A DNA stretch of 58,080 nucleotides from an uncultured virus (IMG/VR IMGVR_UViG_3300042894_007211) (IMGVR_UViG_3300042894_007211); one strand, 5' to 3'; shown: positions 1 through 10,848, counted from the first letter of the stretch. Notes: generated by a model from the sequence alone, not told the origin. Numbers and translations: made by a program.

Positions 1-1
1 A

Positions 2-247
2 AAACTACAAATCATAAGTTCAGATATTACCGGTGACCTACAACTATCTCAATTTGAAAAATTAGAAGAACTTCATTTAGTTTACACACTTGATTCATTA
101 GATGAAACACTAGAAGCAGTGTCTAATACACAGATTAAAAAATTAGTTATCTCTGGAGATTTAGTTTCAGGTGAAAATGGCAAACAAATGCTTCAAGATA
201 TCAGAAGAAAAGGTATAAGAGTTGAAACAATCGGACCAGTTATATGA
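2..247 (+). CDS. 3' end of leucine-rich-repeat-like protein (partial)
   Basis: Open frame from window start (FEKLEELHL...IKKLVISG); TGA overlaps next ATG (ATGA). Confidence 0.55.
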   Translation, partial: KLQIISSDITGDLQLSQFEKLEELHLVYTLDSLDETLEAVSNTQIKKLVISGDLVSGENGKQMLQDIRRKGIRVETIGPVI

Positions 248-1902
248 GAGAGTTAAAATATTTAAAACTATTTGAAGCATTTGAATCTATTAAGTTAACA
301 AAAACTTTAGGTTATGTCGATTCCAAGAGTAGAGAAGAGTTAATAGATAAGTTGAAGATTATATGTTCGAGTATAGATTTTCCAATTTCTCAATTAACCG
401 ACGATTATTTCAAATACCTTCCATTTAATAAGGCACTAAATCTACAATTTACCCCAGAAGACAAACCGTGTAAGGCTACTAGTAAAGATTTATTTGGGGG
501 TTCTGGTATAGAAGGTGAAGTCTGTCAAAGTGGAAAAATAAAAAGAATGTGGGGGTCTCGCCAAAGACTTGTTGACTGCTCGAATTGTAGTGGAACTGGA
601 ATACAACCACAAAAAAGTGAAGTACAGCTTCTAAAATTTTGGTTTACTAAAGAAGGTGAAATGGTAGCAATAACTGCAGTTGATAACAACACAAAACCAG
701 AGCTTAAATCGAAAACAACCTCAAAATTCAACAAAAATGTATCAAGTTTTAATTTAGTTGGTGAAGAATATTCAAGAAGAAGTAACGTCTCTTTTTTAAA
801 TCATGGTGATTTTGTTTATGCTAACTTAGTTGGACATTCAACACCAATCATTTGTTTTGTTTGGAAAGAAGGACGTAGATTATATCTAATTCAAGATGAA
901 CACGATGGAGATACACCAAGTGGTGATTTTAGAAAAATTGCTAAATATTCGTGGAACATCACAGATGGTGATTTTATAACTCTACGAAAAGCAGAACCAA
1001 AACAAACTCAAGATTACGAAGATGTTGATGATGAAATCGACCCATATTCTTTTAACAGATCTATAACTTTTAGCTACAGAGGTGTTCAGATGTCAAGATA
1101 TAATAATGCAAGAGAAGTAGAAAAAACTATTTCAAAGGCTCATTTTGCGCTTGTATTTGATATTTCAAAATTAAAATCCACAGATTTTAAATCAAAGAAG
1201 GAAATATCTTCAGAAAGAGAAAAAATCAAAAGTGGATCTAAATTGACTATTAAAGATGAAGACATAAGAAAAGCAAATATTCAAAGATATATGAATGAGA
1301 TTGCTAAAAGAAGTGATATCATTTCAGATATTAGCAATCTAAAAAAAGTAGTCAAAAGAATTTTAACTGGTAATTCACTTTACTTAATACTATACAACTC
1401 CAGATTTACCAATAATCTATTTTCAGTTATTGATAAATATCTTAGAGCTTTGAAAGAAGATGTTAATGAAGATTACTATAAACGAGAACTTTCTAACTAT
1501 ATTGCTGAAAAATATAAAAGTGTGGCTGAAAGAAGTTCAAACATTTCTAAAAATCTTAAAGAAGTAAGAGACCATTTACAAAAAAATGATATGGATGATA
1601 GACTTCAGATAATTGATGGATTGGACAAAATGTCAAAATCATTCAACAATTTAATCGATAATTCTAAATTAGAATGTATTGAAGATCTTGAAATTCTTTT
1701 ATCAAAACTTGACGGGTTGAGAACTATTTTTAGAGGAAATAGGTATGATGTAGATAAACTAGACTATTTTATAGACAGTTTAACAAATGAGGAATCAGGT
1801 AACAGCATAAGATACATAACTGACCATTATTACGTTAGAGACTATGTTGCTGAAATTAATAACAGTATACAAAAATGCCTTACAATTTTGGCAAGATATT
1901 AA
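244..1902 (+). CDS. Hypothetical protein with CTS-like N-terminus and DnaJ-like Zn-finger segment
   Basis: 552 aa; starts MRELKYLKLFEAFES; CSNCSGTG motif. Confidence 0.7.
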   Translation: MRELKYLKLFEAFESIKLTKTLGYVDSKSREELIDKLKIICSSIDFPISQLTDDYFKYLPFNKALNLQFTPEDKPCKATSKDLFGGSGIEGEVCQSGKIKRMWGSRQRLVDCSNCSGTGIQPQKSEVQLLKFWFTKEGEMVAITAVDNNTKPELKSKTTSKFNKNVSSFNLVGEEYSRRSNVSFLNHGDFVYANLVGHSTPIICFVWKEGRRLYLIQDEHDGDTPSGDFRKIAKYSWNITDGDFITLRKAEPKQTQDYEDVDDEIDPYSFNRSITFSYRGVQMSRYNNAREVEKTISKAHFALVFDISKLKSTDFKSKKEISSEREKIKSGSKLTIKDEDIRKANIQRYMNEIAKRSDIISDISNLKKVVKRILTGNSLYLILYNSRFTNNLFSVIDKYLRALKEDVNEDYYKRELSNYIAEKYKSVAERSSNISKNLKEVRDHLQKNDMDDRLQIIDGLDKMSKSFNNLIDNSKLECIEDLEILLSKLDGLRTIFRGNRYDVDKLDYFIDSLTNEESGNSIRYITDHYYVRDYVAEINNSIQKCLTILARY

Positions 1903-1924
1903 TCTGAAAATCTTTAAAAGAAAA

Positions 1925-2149
1925 TTAAAACAATCTTTTTATCTCATCGATTTGTCTTTGAAATTCCTTAAGTTCAATATTTCTAAGCATTTTAAACTTT
2001 TTGTGGATTTTGTCAATGTCTAAATTTCTATGAAATTCGTCATTTCGAGACAAAAGGATTAAATAAAATTCTTCAATTTCTACTTCAATTGTTTTAATTT
2101 CTCTTTTTAATCTCCAGATTTTATACTTTGATAAAATCTTTCTAAACAT
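1925..2149 (-). CDS. Hypothetical small protein
   Basis: 74-aa ORF with AATATATA upstream. Confidence 0.55.
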   Translation of the reverse strand: MFRKILSKYKIWRLKREIKTIEVEIEEFYLILLSRNDEFHRNLDIDKIHKKFKMLRNIELKEFQRQIDEIKRLF

Positions 2150-2271
2150 AATTTATATATTTTGACATTTTTTAGTATTTTTACAAAAACATTGATAATC
2201 ACAGGTTTTTAACGATTTACATCAAACCTCTTTTAAACTAATCTTAATTTTGATATATAAAAAAATTAAAC

Positions 2272-2279
2272 TATATTTG
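2272..2279 (+). promoter_or_regulatory. Bacteroidetes-type -7 promoter element (TATATTTG)
   Basis: Matches TAnnTTTG, 4 nt before ATG 2284. Confidence 0.6.
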
Positions 2280-2283
2280 CCTT

Positions 2284-2655
2284 ATGAAGACAGTTATTTT
2301 AAAAGGAGTCGAGATTAAGATTGGATCTCGAGTTCGCTTCGTGAATGATACAGACCTTTATACTACAGTTGAAGGTGTTATCAAACCTGAATTAGGAAAC
2401 GTTTATACAGTCAGAGATATCAATGACTTAGGTGGATTTTTGCTTCAGGAAATTAAAAATATTGACTATGAATGGTATTCACCACAAGGTGAATTAGACT
2501 TTATAGCAGAACCGGGATTTGCTAACTGGAGATTTGAACCGAAGCAACCTGCCAATAAAAAGAGAAAAATAGTTAGGATTAAAATTTTACCAGAAATCAA
2601 AGAAACAATTGATTTACCAGTAAGAAGAAAAGTAAGAGAATTAGAACCAGCATAA
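2284..2655 (+). CDS. Hypothetical protein
   Basis: 123-aa ORF between promoter and terminator. Confidence 0.75.
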   Translation: MKTVILKGVEIKIGSRVRFVNDTDLYTTVEGVIKPELGNVYTVRDINDLGGFLLQEIKNIDYEWYSPQGELDFIAEPGFANWRFEPKQPANKKRKIVRIKILPEIKETIDLPVRRKVRELEPA

Positions 2656-2686
2656 AAAAAGGGTGATTTAAAAATCACCCTTTTTT
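2654..2686. terminator. Bidirectional intrinsic terminator
   Basis: GGGTGATTT-AA-AAATCACCC stem flanked by A and T tracts between convergent genes. Confidence 0.85.
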
Positions 2687-2722
2687 ATTTCATATTAAAA
2701 TTAAATTGATATTTATTTTCTA

Positions 2723-3208
2723 TTATCTATTTCTGTAGCTTTCTTTAGCCATTGTTTCACCAGCTCTTTTAGCAACAACTGGCTCTTCTTGCATTGCGTA
2801 TCTTCCAGCTGTAAGTTTTCTACCAGCTTCAGCGCCAATACTCTGAGTGTCAATTCTTAAATCTTTAGCAAATGAAGATAAAACTTCAGCTAACATTTGA
2901 AACTGTTCAACATCAAAACCTTTACACAATTCATTATAGTATTTTTGTACTTCTGTAGCAGTAGTAGGGAAAATGTTTGCCCCTGTTTCTTTGTTATATG
3001 CAGTAAGACTTCCACCGTACTCAACTTGGTAAAAAGCACCAATGTTTAATAATAATAGGTTTAATAAGTCAAGTTTGCTTTTATCTAATGTAGCAGACAA
3101 ATTCAATAAAGCTGAGTTACGACTCTCTTTTGTAATTTGTTTAGGAACAAACTCTTCATTAACAGAGTTAAAGTTTCTAAAGTTTTTAATTGTTTTCATA
3201 AATATCAT
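2723..3208 (-). CDS. Hypothetical protein with CTS-like N-terminus
   Basis: MKTIKNFRNFNSVNEE; TAATATATA upstream. Confidence 0.7.
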   Translation of the reverse strand: MIFMKTIKNFRNFNSVNEEFVPKQITKESRNSALLNLSATLDKSKLDLLNLLLLNIGAFYQVEYGGSLTAYNKETGANIFPTTATEVQKYYNELCKGFDVEQFQMLAEVLSSFAKDLRIDTQSIGAEAGRKLTAGRYAMQEEPVVAKRAGETMAKESYRNR

Positions 3209-3326
3209 TTTATTTTTAATTATATATTATTATAAAAAAATAAAAAATTGATTTTTTTCAAAAAACTATTGTTAACACTGTAAATTATAAACAATCACAG
3301 CTTTTTTAATAAAAAAAGTAATCAAA

Positions 3327-3551
3327 ATGAAATTAAACCGACAACTAGCCTACTATAAGTTATCTCAAATCGAAGAACAACTAACCATCCAACAGGTAAT
3401 ACACGCCAGAAGATTTAGAAATTGGAGAAAATTTGACAAACTATCAGAAGATGAGAAATTGTGGGTAAGATTAGAAGAGTTTGAGATATATGCTGATGAT
3501 TTAGATCCAGAATACGTACCAAAAGGTCCTAAAGGAGACACAGATATTTAA
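3327..3551 (+). CDS. Hypothetical protein
   Basis: 74-aa ORF. Confidence 0.6.
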   Translation: MKLNRQLAYYKLSQIEEQLTIQQVIHARRFRNWRKFDKLSEDEKLWVRLEEFEIYADDLDPEYVPKGPKGDTDI

Positions 3552-3560
3552 TTTATAAAT

Positions 3561-3569
3561 TAATATATA
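3561..3569 (+). promoter_or_regulatory. Candidate phage late promoter TAATATATA
   Basis: Recurring motif, here 6 nt before ATG 3576. Confidence 0.6.
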
Positions 3570-3575
3570 CCTTTA

Positions 3576-3956
3576 ATGAAACATGTTAAGGACTTTAATA
3601 ACTACTTATTAGAAGAAGAGTCAATTTGGAAAAATTTATTTTTATCTATCGCACTTTCACTTGGTCTAAACCACGTTGATGCTCAAACGATAGAAGGCGA
3701 TTCAATCAAAACTGAAGTAATAAAAGACATTTCAAATTATAACAAAATTTTGTCAATGACTGGAAATCAAGATGAAAATCTTACAAAACTCACTTATGAA
3801 CTTTCTAAAAAATTAAATGAACCAAAATTATTTGTTGATAAATATCTTTTACAACAGGTTAATGGAACTTTTATAGTTAAGCCCGACTTCGTAAAGGGAC
3901 TGGAGTTACATCTAAGAAAAAATTTATTTGAATTAGGGTATAATATTAAATTTTAA
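3576..3956 (+). CDS. Hypothetical protein with CTS-like N-terminus and hydrophobic segment
   Basis: MKHVKDFNNYLLEEES. Confidence 0.7.
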   Translation: MKHVKDFNNYLLEEESIWKNLFLSIALSLGLNHVDAQTIEGDSIKTEVIKDISNYNKILSMTGNQDENLTKLTYELSKKLNEPKLFVDKYLLQQVNGTFIVKPDFVKGLELHLRKNLFELGYNIKF

Positions 3957-3972
3957 TTATTATCTTTGTAAG

Positions 3973-4182
3973 ATGAAAAAGATTTTATTTATTACCCTTA
4001 TGATATTACTAACATCGTGTGAAGAAAAAGGTTGCAGAATTATAGTTACTCTAACAGATGGAAAAGTTATTTCAAGCGAATACGTAAATGATTATGTTTC
4101 TGGAGTATCAAATATCAAAAAATGCGATGGTACAAATATGCAAATAACCACATCGAATATTAAAACCGTAGAAGAAAAATAA
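3973..4182 (+). CDS. Putative lipoprotein
   Basis: MKK + hydrophobic stretch + LLTSC lipobox; TATCTTTG at 3961-3968. Confidence 0.7.
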   Translation: MKKILFITLMILLTSCEEKGCRIIVTLTDGKVISSEYVNDYVSGVSNIKKCDGTNMQITTSNIKTVEEK

Positions 4183-4212
4183 ACTTTTAATAAATTATAA
4201 AATATATCAAAT

Positions 4213-4524
4213 ATGAAAACGATTTTAAATAAATGGACATTAGTCCTTTTTGGTATCTTTATCTGCTTTTCTCTTATGATTATGACACAATGTACAACTC
4301 ATAAAAAAGAAAAGTCCGAGTGGCGTTATGAAATACATAGTTTTGTCCTACACAAAGGACAACAACACGAAGCAATTTGGTTCACAGACACACTTGAAAT
4401 TGGTGATAATTATGTTAGTTATCAAAATTCAGACGGTAGTCAAGTGGTTATTCCATCACCTTTTGTCCTGATCGACCATAAGTTTGATAAAGTCGATACT
4501 AATATTTCTAATCCATTTAGATAA
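4213..4524 (+). CDS. Membrane-anchored or secreted hypothetical protein
   Basis: N-terminal hydrophobic helix. Confidence 0.65.
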   Translation: MKTILNKWTLVLFGIFICFSLMIMTQCTTHKKEKSEWRYEIHSFVLHKGQQHEAIWFTDTLEIGDNYVSYQNSDGSQVVIPSPFVLIDHKFDKVDTNISNPFR

Positions 4525-5730
4525 TTATCTAAACAAGTTTATTAGTTTATTCCACAATCTCTTTAGAATTGATATTAAACTAAATCTGTATTTTTTTACA
4601 TCACTTTTAGGACTTCCGGGTAAACTCCACTTAGTATAAACTTCTTCTCTTGTTGCCACCGCATACTTATTAGTAGATTGATTATAACAATCGTTTTGAA
4701 ACAACCAATCCGATAAAATCTTTGGAGCTTTATTTCCATCATTATCTGTTAATATCATATAATGAATGTGATTTCCAATATAGTGTCTATTACCATCTTG
4801 CGACTCATCAAATTCTAAGTATCCCCAAATAGAAGAATAATTGGTCATGTCTCTACTACCAACTTCCATTATAAATTGTAAAAATTCTTTTGAAGTTCTA
4901 CCATTTTCATCTGTTCCTATCATATAGTAAGGTGGAAATATAGTCTCTGGTCCTCCAACAAATTTCTGACACCAGAAATCATCATCAGTATGTGGATTAT
5001 ATTGCGAATAATCAAAATCAAAATGTCTTTGGCCATCATTTCTTGTATAGTAATCTTTACACCAATAAGATGGATAAGTTTTAACTCGCCATTTTACTGG
5101 AAGTAATTTTGAAACAACTATAGATTTACATCTTTGAGAAAGATAAAGTTGAAAATCATCATAATCAGGCGTTTCTTCATCCGGAAAGAAATCTAAAGAT
5201 TCCGCCATATCAGACATTGTTATATCTCCTTTAAGACCTAAATCAGAATAATCTTGGCAATGAAACACTTCTTGCCAATGTCCTTCTGGATCAACCACCA
5301 TCTGGTCAATTTTCTTTTTGGCTGCATCAAATATAGCAAGCATTCCTTCTCTAATCTCATTAGCTTTTGATTGTATTTCATCACCTGGTTGAGATTGTTC
5401 AATTAGTTTAGTAATAACACCTGATGCAATTTTCCCAATAATCATAGAAATATAAGCGGCCGGTGTACCACCTGGCCAAAACGCAGAAATGCCTTCGAAT
5501 ATTTTTGAGGCAAACATTCCTAAAATTTGAGCTGTTTGGTCTTTAACAGCATGAACCCCAACATTATTGATAGCATCTTGAAGGTCAATTTGTGCTTGTA
5601 TTCTTAAAGAATAAATTAATTTTGAAAGTGTTCTTAGATTGATATAAGTAACTTGAACGTGTTTATCATCATAAACTCTGATTCCCATTTCATTTACTGT
5701 GTAATGAAAGGATTGTGGAAAATAAGGCAT
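4525..5730 (-). CDS. Hypothetical protein (likely start MPYFPQ)
   Basis: Long ORF; GATATATA element precedes ATG 5730. Confidence 0.7.
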   Translation of the reverse strand: MPYFPQSFHYTVNEMGIRVYDDKHVQVTYINLRTLSKLIYSLRIQAQIDLQDAINNVGVHAVKDQTAQILGMFASKIFEGISAFWPGGTPAAYISMIIGKIASGVITKLIEQSQPGDEIQSKANEIREGMLAIFDAAKKKIDQMVVDPEGHWQEVFHCQDYSDLGLKGDITMSDMAESLDFFPDEETPDYDDFQLYLSQRCKSIVVSKLLPVKWRVKTYPSYWCKDYYTRNDGQRHFDFDYSQYNPHTDDDFWCQKFVGGPETIFPPYYMIGTDENGRTSKEFLQFIMEVGSRDMTNYSSIWGYLEFDESQDGNRHYIGNHIHYMILTDNDGNKAPKILSDWLFQNDCYNQSTNKYAVATREEVYTKWSLPGSPKSDVKKYRFSLISILKRLWNKLINLFR

Positions 5731-5789
5731 TTTTTTGATTTTTCTTTTATATATCAAAAATTAATCCTTAAAAAATGATATGACAATAA

Positions 5790-7037
5790 TTAATACTTTT
5801 TAGTGTTCTTTGGAACTATATTTAACTTTTCTAAAGCAGTTGTTACTAATTTAACTATCTCTGATCCAGTTTCTTTTCTATATTTCTTAAAAATAAATAC
5901 TACTTTATCTTCTTCTAAAATATATTTACTAATAGAATTTGCCAAATCTTCTAACGAATATTTATCTTCTAATTTTTTTCTATATTCAGTCTCTGTATTT
6001 TTAAGTATTTGAAAACTATCTTTTGATAATTCTTTGATATGTCTGTTCACCAAATCTGTTATCCATGGTTTATATTCTACATCATCTAGTAAATATTTAA
6101 GTGATTGTGCCTTTTCTAACTCATCCTTAGAATCCAAATCTAAATCATCATTGTAGACCTTTTTATAAGCAGATTTTAACTTCTCATCGTTATCTTCTTC
6201 TTCCTGTTTTATACCAGAAATTGTTTTCGACACACCAACTTTGACTTTTTTTGTATTGTTTTCATAAATTTGAAGAATTAAATTACTAAGGTCTATATTT
6301 TGTGTATTTTTAACACTCTCTTTTTGAAATTGCTCAGATAAAGATATACATAAAGATGAAAAATACTGAGTGAGATGTTGTAATTCATGTCTTATCGTCT
6401 CACTAACAACTTCTCTGCATTTTTCGTTCAAATTAAGTTCTAATGCCCAACTTCCACAATTTTTGTTTGATTTTAAATAATCTATAAAATTATTCACGTC
6501 ATAATTTACTAAGTTAGCAAAAACAACAAATCTTTTATCATCTGTCTCAGAGACTTTTTCACCAATATCATAAAAAGCCTCTACATTTAAATCAATAGTA
6601 GCCTCGTCAAGATATTTTTGTAAAACCGGGGTAAGTTTACCCGACTTCAAAGACAAATTAAACTCTGAAATAAATTGGGAATCAAAAACAAAATTATTTT
6701 CAGCTGAAGCTTTGAGAATCACAGCACCAAGTTGTTGTTTTATCTTTGGATATATTATATCACTTGCTTTGGCTTGTATTTTTTCAACATTATAATTTTC
6801 TTGGTAAAAATTCTTCCAATATTCATCTTGATTTTCAAATCCTAACAATCTTTTTATTTTAGAAAAAATTCCACTATCTCTAAATTTACTAGGATCTTCC
6901 TTTTTAGATATTTTCAATTTCTCGAAATTGTCTACACTAGTTTTATAATACTTCTCAACTTCGATTTTGAGAGGTTCAGAGTGTTTTAATTCTGATTCTG
7001 TAATAAGAAAACTTTCAAAGCATTTTAGATATTTCAT
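5790..7037 (-). CDS. HEXXH (zincin-like) protein with CTS-like N-terminus
   Basis: MKYLKCFESFLITES; IRHELQH; TAATATATA at 7042-7050. Confidence 0.65.
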   Translation of the reverse strand: MKYLKCFESFLITESELKHSEPLKIEVEKYYKTSVDNFEKLKISKKEDPSKFRDSGIFSKIKRLLGFENQDEYWKNFYQENYNVEKIQAKASDIIYPKIKQQLGAVILKASAENNFVFDSQFISEFNLSLKSGKLTPVLQKYLDEATIDLNVEAFYDIGEKVSETDDKRFVVFANLVNYDVNNFIDYLKSNKNCGSWALELNLNEKCREVVSETIRHELQHLTQYFSSLCISLSEQFQKESVKNTQNIDLSNLILQIYENNTKKVKVGVSKTISGIKQEEEDNDEKLKSAYKKVYNDDLDLDSKDELEKAQSLKYLLDDVEYKPWITDLVNRHIKELSKDSFQILKNTETEYRKKLEDKYSLEDLANSISKYILEEDKVVFIFKKYRKETGSEIVKLVTTALEKLNIVPKNTKKY

Positions 7038-7102
7038 AAAATATATATTAAATTAATAACAACTAAAAAAATACTTTTAATATAACAATAAATATCTAAC
7101 AA

Positions 7103-7744
7103 ATGGTAATTGATGAAATACTAAATAAAGAAACTGAACTTTGCCGTATTATGAAAAAGTGGGGTAGTGATAAAAGTACTTGGCATAACTACACCAGACT
7201 TTATTTTCACCTTTTTGATAAACTCAAAGAAAAAGGCGCAAATATCTTTGAACTCGGTCTTGGAACCACTAACTCTAATATCTCATCACACATGGGACCT
7301 TTCGGAAAACCCGGAGCTTCACTTAGGGCTTGGAAAGAATTCTTTGTAGATGCTAACATTTTCGGAGCAGATATTGATAACACTATTCTTTTCACAGAAC
7401 CACAAATCGAAACATTTTATTGTGACCAAACATCTCCACTTAAAATAAGTGAAATGTGGAATAATGAAAACTTAAAAGAAATCAACTTCGATGTAATCAT
7501 TGATGACGGCCTTCATGAATTCTCAGCCAATCTTTGTTTTTTTGAAAACTCTATACAAAAACTTAAGCAAGGTGGTTTTTATATCATCGAAGACTTAACA
7601 CCATTATCAGTAAGAATGTTCAATGAAATACTCACTGAACTTAAAGATAAATATCCTTATTTAGAAATTGAACTGGTAAAATTAAATTGGAACGGTAACC
7701 AAGGTGGTGATAACAATCTTTTAGTAATTAAAAGCAAACTTTAG
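7103..7744 (+). CDS. Class I SAM-dependent methyltransferase
   Basis: IFELGLG, GADID, FDVIIDDGLH, GGFYIIED motifs. Confidence 0.85.
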   Translation: MVIDEILNKETELCRIMKKWGSDKSTWHNYTRLYFHLFDKLKEKGANIFELGLGTTNSNISSHMGPFGKPGASLRAWKEFFVDANIFGADIDNTILFTEPQIETFYCDQTSPLKISEMWNNENLKEINFDVIIDDGLHEFSANLCFFENSIQKLKQGGFYIIEDLTPLSVRMFNEILTELKDKYPYLEIELVKLNWNGNQGGDNNLLVIKSKL

Positions 7745-7810
7745 TATCCGAACCGAGTTTTACCCGAATCCCAAATTGTTTGTATCTCAGTAACTGTCTT
7801 TTAATATATC

Positions 7811-8443
7811 TTAAATTTGACTTTGAAAATACCTTTCAATTCTTTGACTTAATCTAACTCTTGGTTCATTACTTTCTCTGTTTAATAAATGATAAGGCAA
7901 GACAAAACCAAAACTTAATAAAACTCTACGAGAACTAAACTCATCAGTCCAATGCTTGTAAAGAGATGCTTCAAATCCATATAGGTCTAGCTCTGATATT
8001 TCTAAAACATCTTTATCAATATAAAATTTATAATCTTCTGATAAAACCGATAAATTACATTTGTAATTAATATAACCAGTAAGAGAAGCATCATAATGAA
8101 CTCCAATGCTTCCACCTTTTGGCATATCAACTGCTTGAAAAAAGATATTATCTAAAGGAAAATTAAAATAATCAGCAATTCTTTTTTGAATATCTAAGAT
8201 AAATTCAGGAACTTCATCAGTTGAAACGTCACTGATTGTTTGAAACTTTGTAATGTAGTTTGTTAATTCAGTTTTAGATTGATTAAACATAAGAGCTCTT
8301 CCCTTTAAACTATCAGCCAATCTTGAAAGATGTATATTAGTAGCACCACCACTTTGATGAGTAGATTCAATCCAATCTAATATCTTTTTTCTTTCATCTT
8401 TAGAAATAAAAGATTTTACTATTTTATAATTTTTAGATTCCAT
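7811..8443 (-). CDS. 2OG-Fe(II) oxygenase-like protein
   Basis: GGSIGVHYD (HxD), later H (YKHW) and R (RRVLLSFG). Confidence 0.7.
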   Translation of the reverse strand: MESKNYKIVKSFISKDERKKILDWIESTHQSGGATNIHLSRLADSLKGRALMFNQSKTELTNYITKFQTISDVSTDEVPEFILDIQKRIADYFNFPLDNIFFQAVDMPKGGSIGVHYDASLTGYINYKCNLSVLSEDYKFYIDKDVLEISELDLYGFEASLYKHWTDEFSSRRVLLSFGFVLPYHLLNRESNEPRVRLSQRIERYFQSQI

Positions 8444-8727
8444 TTTTCAAGAAATTCTTTTGGTGAACCTTGTTCAATTGTTGAATAAAGTGAGTTGTTT
8501 ACAATTCTATTATATCCCTCATCATCTGTCGACATAAAACAAAACCAGTGAGTTGCTGGAAGTTGCCCAGTTTCTGAAACAGGAATAGAAAGATGTGTTT
8601 TTGGTAATTTATCTTTATCAATAAAGTTAGGTAAGTTAATTTCAACTTTTTCTACTTTAAACACATTTTTAGAATTTTCTCTTGCCTCAACAATATTTTT
8701 ATCTTCACAAAGAATACATAATCTCAT
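8419..8727 (-). CDS. Hypothetical protein
   Basis: 102-aa ORF in operon. Confidence 0.7.
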   Translation of the reverse strand: MRLCILCEDKNIVEARENSKNVFKVEKVEINLPNFIDKDKLPKTHLSIPVSETGQLPATHWFCFMSTDDEGYNRIVNNSLYSTIEQGSPKEFLEKWNLKIIK

Positions 8728-8742
8728 AATCTAATTTATTTT

Positions 8743-9717
8743 TTATAACACAACAAAATTTGTAAATGTAATACCACCTTCTAAAGGTTCAGGTAGTGCA
8801 ATTACATAATCTATTAATTGTTCTTCAATATTAATTTTACCAACACAAGCGTGTGGAGTAATACCATCGTCTTTATCTGTAAATACAACAATTGTCCAAA
8901 TCTCATCATTTTCTACTTGAGCATCAAAAACATACCAAACTTTTGTGTTTGATGAAATGGTTTCTGGAAGAGTACTAACATTCATTGAGAAATAATCAAC
9001 CAATTCAGTTGAACCAGTATTCAAGTCAATCAAATCTAAACTTGAAATATCACCACCCAACAATACTGAGTAATACTGACTATTATATTCGAAAATATTA
9101 ATTAGTGTTGAATCATTATCAAATGTTGAAAGTTGATTAACTGATTGTCCATCTATAGATACACTATAAATATTTTGTATGATTGGATATGTAATAAACA
9201 ACTCAGCTGAATAAATAAAACTTTGTTCACCAGCATAATAAAGAGAGTTAGGATTTAAATTAATTTCACTGTTTAAGTTAGTATCATCAATATCAATTCT
9301 TTGATAATTTACTTTATTAAATTTTCCAAAAATTACTTTATTTAAATCTGTATCGTAAGTTACAAAGTAAACAAAACTTGGATCATCAAAACAATCAGAT
9401 AAAACAGTTGGGCCATTAAATATTTGAGCAACATTTGTTAAATTTCCATCCATATCTATTGAATATAAACCATATGATACAACATCAACTGCTAAAAATT
9501 TACTTTGAACTTTTAAACTTCCACCACCCGCACCGGCCGCTGAAGAAGCAGCTGAAGGATTAAACGCCCTCTCATATAAACGATTTCTTTCAACCCATTC
9601 TCTTCTTTGTTGTTCAGCGATTTGCGCTCTTTTTTGCTCAGCCAACATCTCAGCTCTTCTTCTTTCAGCTTGTTGTTGTTGCATTTGACGATATATTTCA
9701 TCTAAAGATTTACTCAT
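8743..9717 (-). CDS. Hypothetical protein: Q/R/E coiled N-terminus, Gly/Ala linker, beta-rich domain
   Basis: 324 aa; TAATATATA upstream. Confidence 0.7.
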   Translation of the reverse strand: MSKSLDEIYRQMQQQQAERRRAEMLAEQKRAQIAEQQRREWVERNRLYERAFNPSAASSAAGAGGGSLKVQSKFLAVDVVSYGLYSIDMDGNLTNVAQIFNGPTVLSDCFDDPSFVYFVTYDTDLNKVIFGKFNKVNYQRIDIDDTNLNSEINLNPNSLYYAGEQSFIYSAELFITYPIIQNIYSVSIDGQSVNQLSTFDNDSTLINIFEYNSQYYSVLLGGDISSLDLIDLNTGSTELVDYFSMNVSTLPETISSNTKVWYVFDAQVENDEIWTIVVFTDKDDGITPHACVGKINIEEQLIDYVIALPEPLEGGITFTNFVVL

Positions 9718-9904
9718 TTCAAATTAATATTTTTATTATATATTATATTATATGTTTTTATTTATTCTGATTTCAAAAAGAAAAAATTTTTACTCGCTTT
9801 TATTTCCCTTAAAAATTTTTTGAGACACTTAAAAAAAATTTCCACATTACGTCGAAGACGGTTAAAAATTTTTCCGTGAGGAATTTCCACACCCACCACA
9901 GCAC

Positions 9905-10429
9905 TTAATATAAAGTAGACCTCTCACAAAAAGTTAACTGAACCTCTCCCAACTCCCTTTGATTATTAATCGCCAACTCTAAAACCTCTTTAGTAACAGG
10001 CCACTTATCTAATAAAAAACGATCAGGCGTATGGTGATATCCACATCTTAAACACTGAGTAAAACTAGTTAGATTATAGTTATCCTCTATATCATCACCC
10101 AAACAATTTGGACATCCTATATAATGCTGCCAACTATCATTTGAATACCAAGAAGCATCTAACAAAAGTTTTAACCCACAGTCTTCCATATAACCTAACA
10201 AATCAATTACACACCCATCTAAAGTAAACGGTGACTGAATATCTCCATTAAAATCAAAACCACCTAAATTAACAGAAACCCAATAAATATCTTTCTTATC
10301 TATAATCCACGTACCATCCGTAACATAAACACTAACCCCCTTATCAGAAATATCTAATAATAGATCCTCAATTATAGATTTACTCCATAACTTACTCTCA
10401 AATAAACGATATTTCTTTAACCTTTTCAT
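9905..10429 (-). CDS. CTS-like protein with CxxC pairs
   Basis: MKRLKKYRLFES start at ATGA overlap; CPNC, CLRC. Confidence 0.7.
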   Translation of the reverse strand: MKRLKKYRLFESKLWSKSIIEDLLLDISDKGVSVYVTDGTWIIDKKDIYWVSVNLGGFDFNGDIQSPFTLDGCVIDLLGYMEDCGLKLLLDASWYSNDSWQHYIGCPNCLGDDIEDNYNLTSFTQCLRCGYHHTPDRFLLDKWPVTKEVLELAINNQRELGEVQLTFCERSTLY

Positions 10430-10848
10430 ATCTTTAAAAACCACATTTCTACTCTAGTATTATATCTATTAGTACCACTGGATCTGGTAGTAACACGAGG
10501 TACATTTTCAGTATGAGAAGTTCCTTTATCCTTAAACCACTCAAACCCCTCTTCAGATAAAAAATCAATAATAGGATACATTACATCCTTCACTTGATTC
10601 CAAGTAAAAGAATTTGCTATCAATTGATTAACTTTATCTAAATCGTCGATTATGTCTAAAGTATGCCTATTTACAATTGCTGGCTTATAAACAGCAACTC
10701 TTATAAACTCCCTACCATCCTGACGTCTAATAACAGCATTATGTGAAAAATCATTGAAGTCTAACTCCCTTAACATATCCTTTACAATAGATAATAACTC
10801 ATCAGTATCAACACTCTCAAATAAACGATATGTCTTTAACCTTTTCAT
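10426..10848 (-). CDS. CTS-like protein, paralog of 10845-11264
   Basis: MKRLKTYRLFES; shares LSxVKDMLxELDF and VEMWF. Confidence 0.75.
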   Translation of the reverse strand: MKRLKTYRLFESVDTDELLSIVKDMLRELDFNDFSHNAVIRRQDGREFIRVAVYKPAIVNRHTLDIIDDLDKVNQLIANSFTWNQVKDVMYPIIDFLSEEGFEWFKDKGTSHTENVPRVTTRSSGTNRYNTRVEMWFLKI

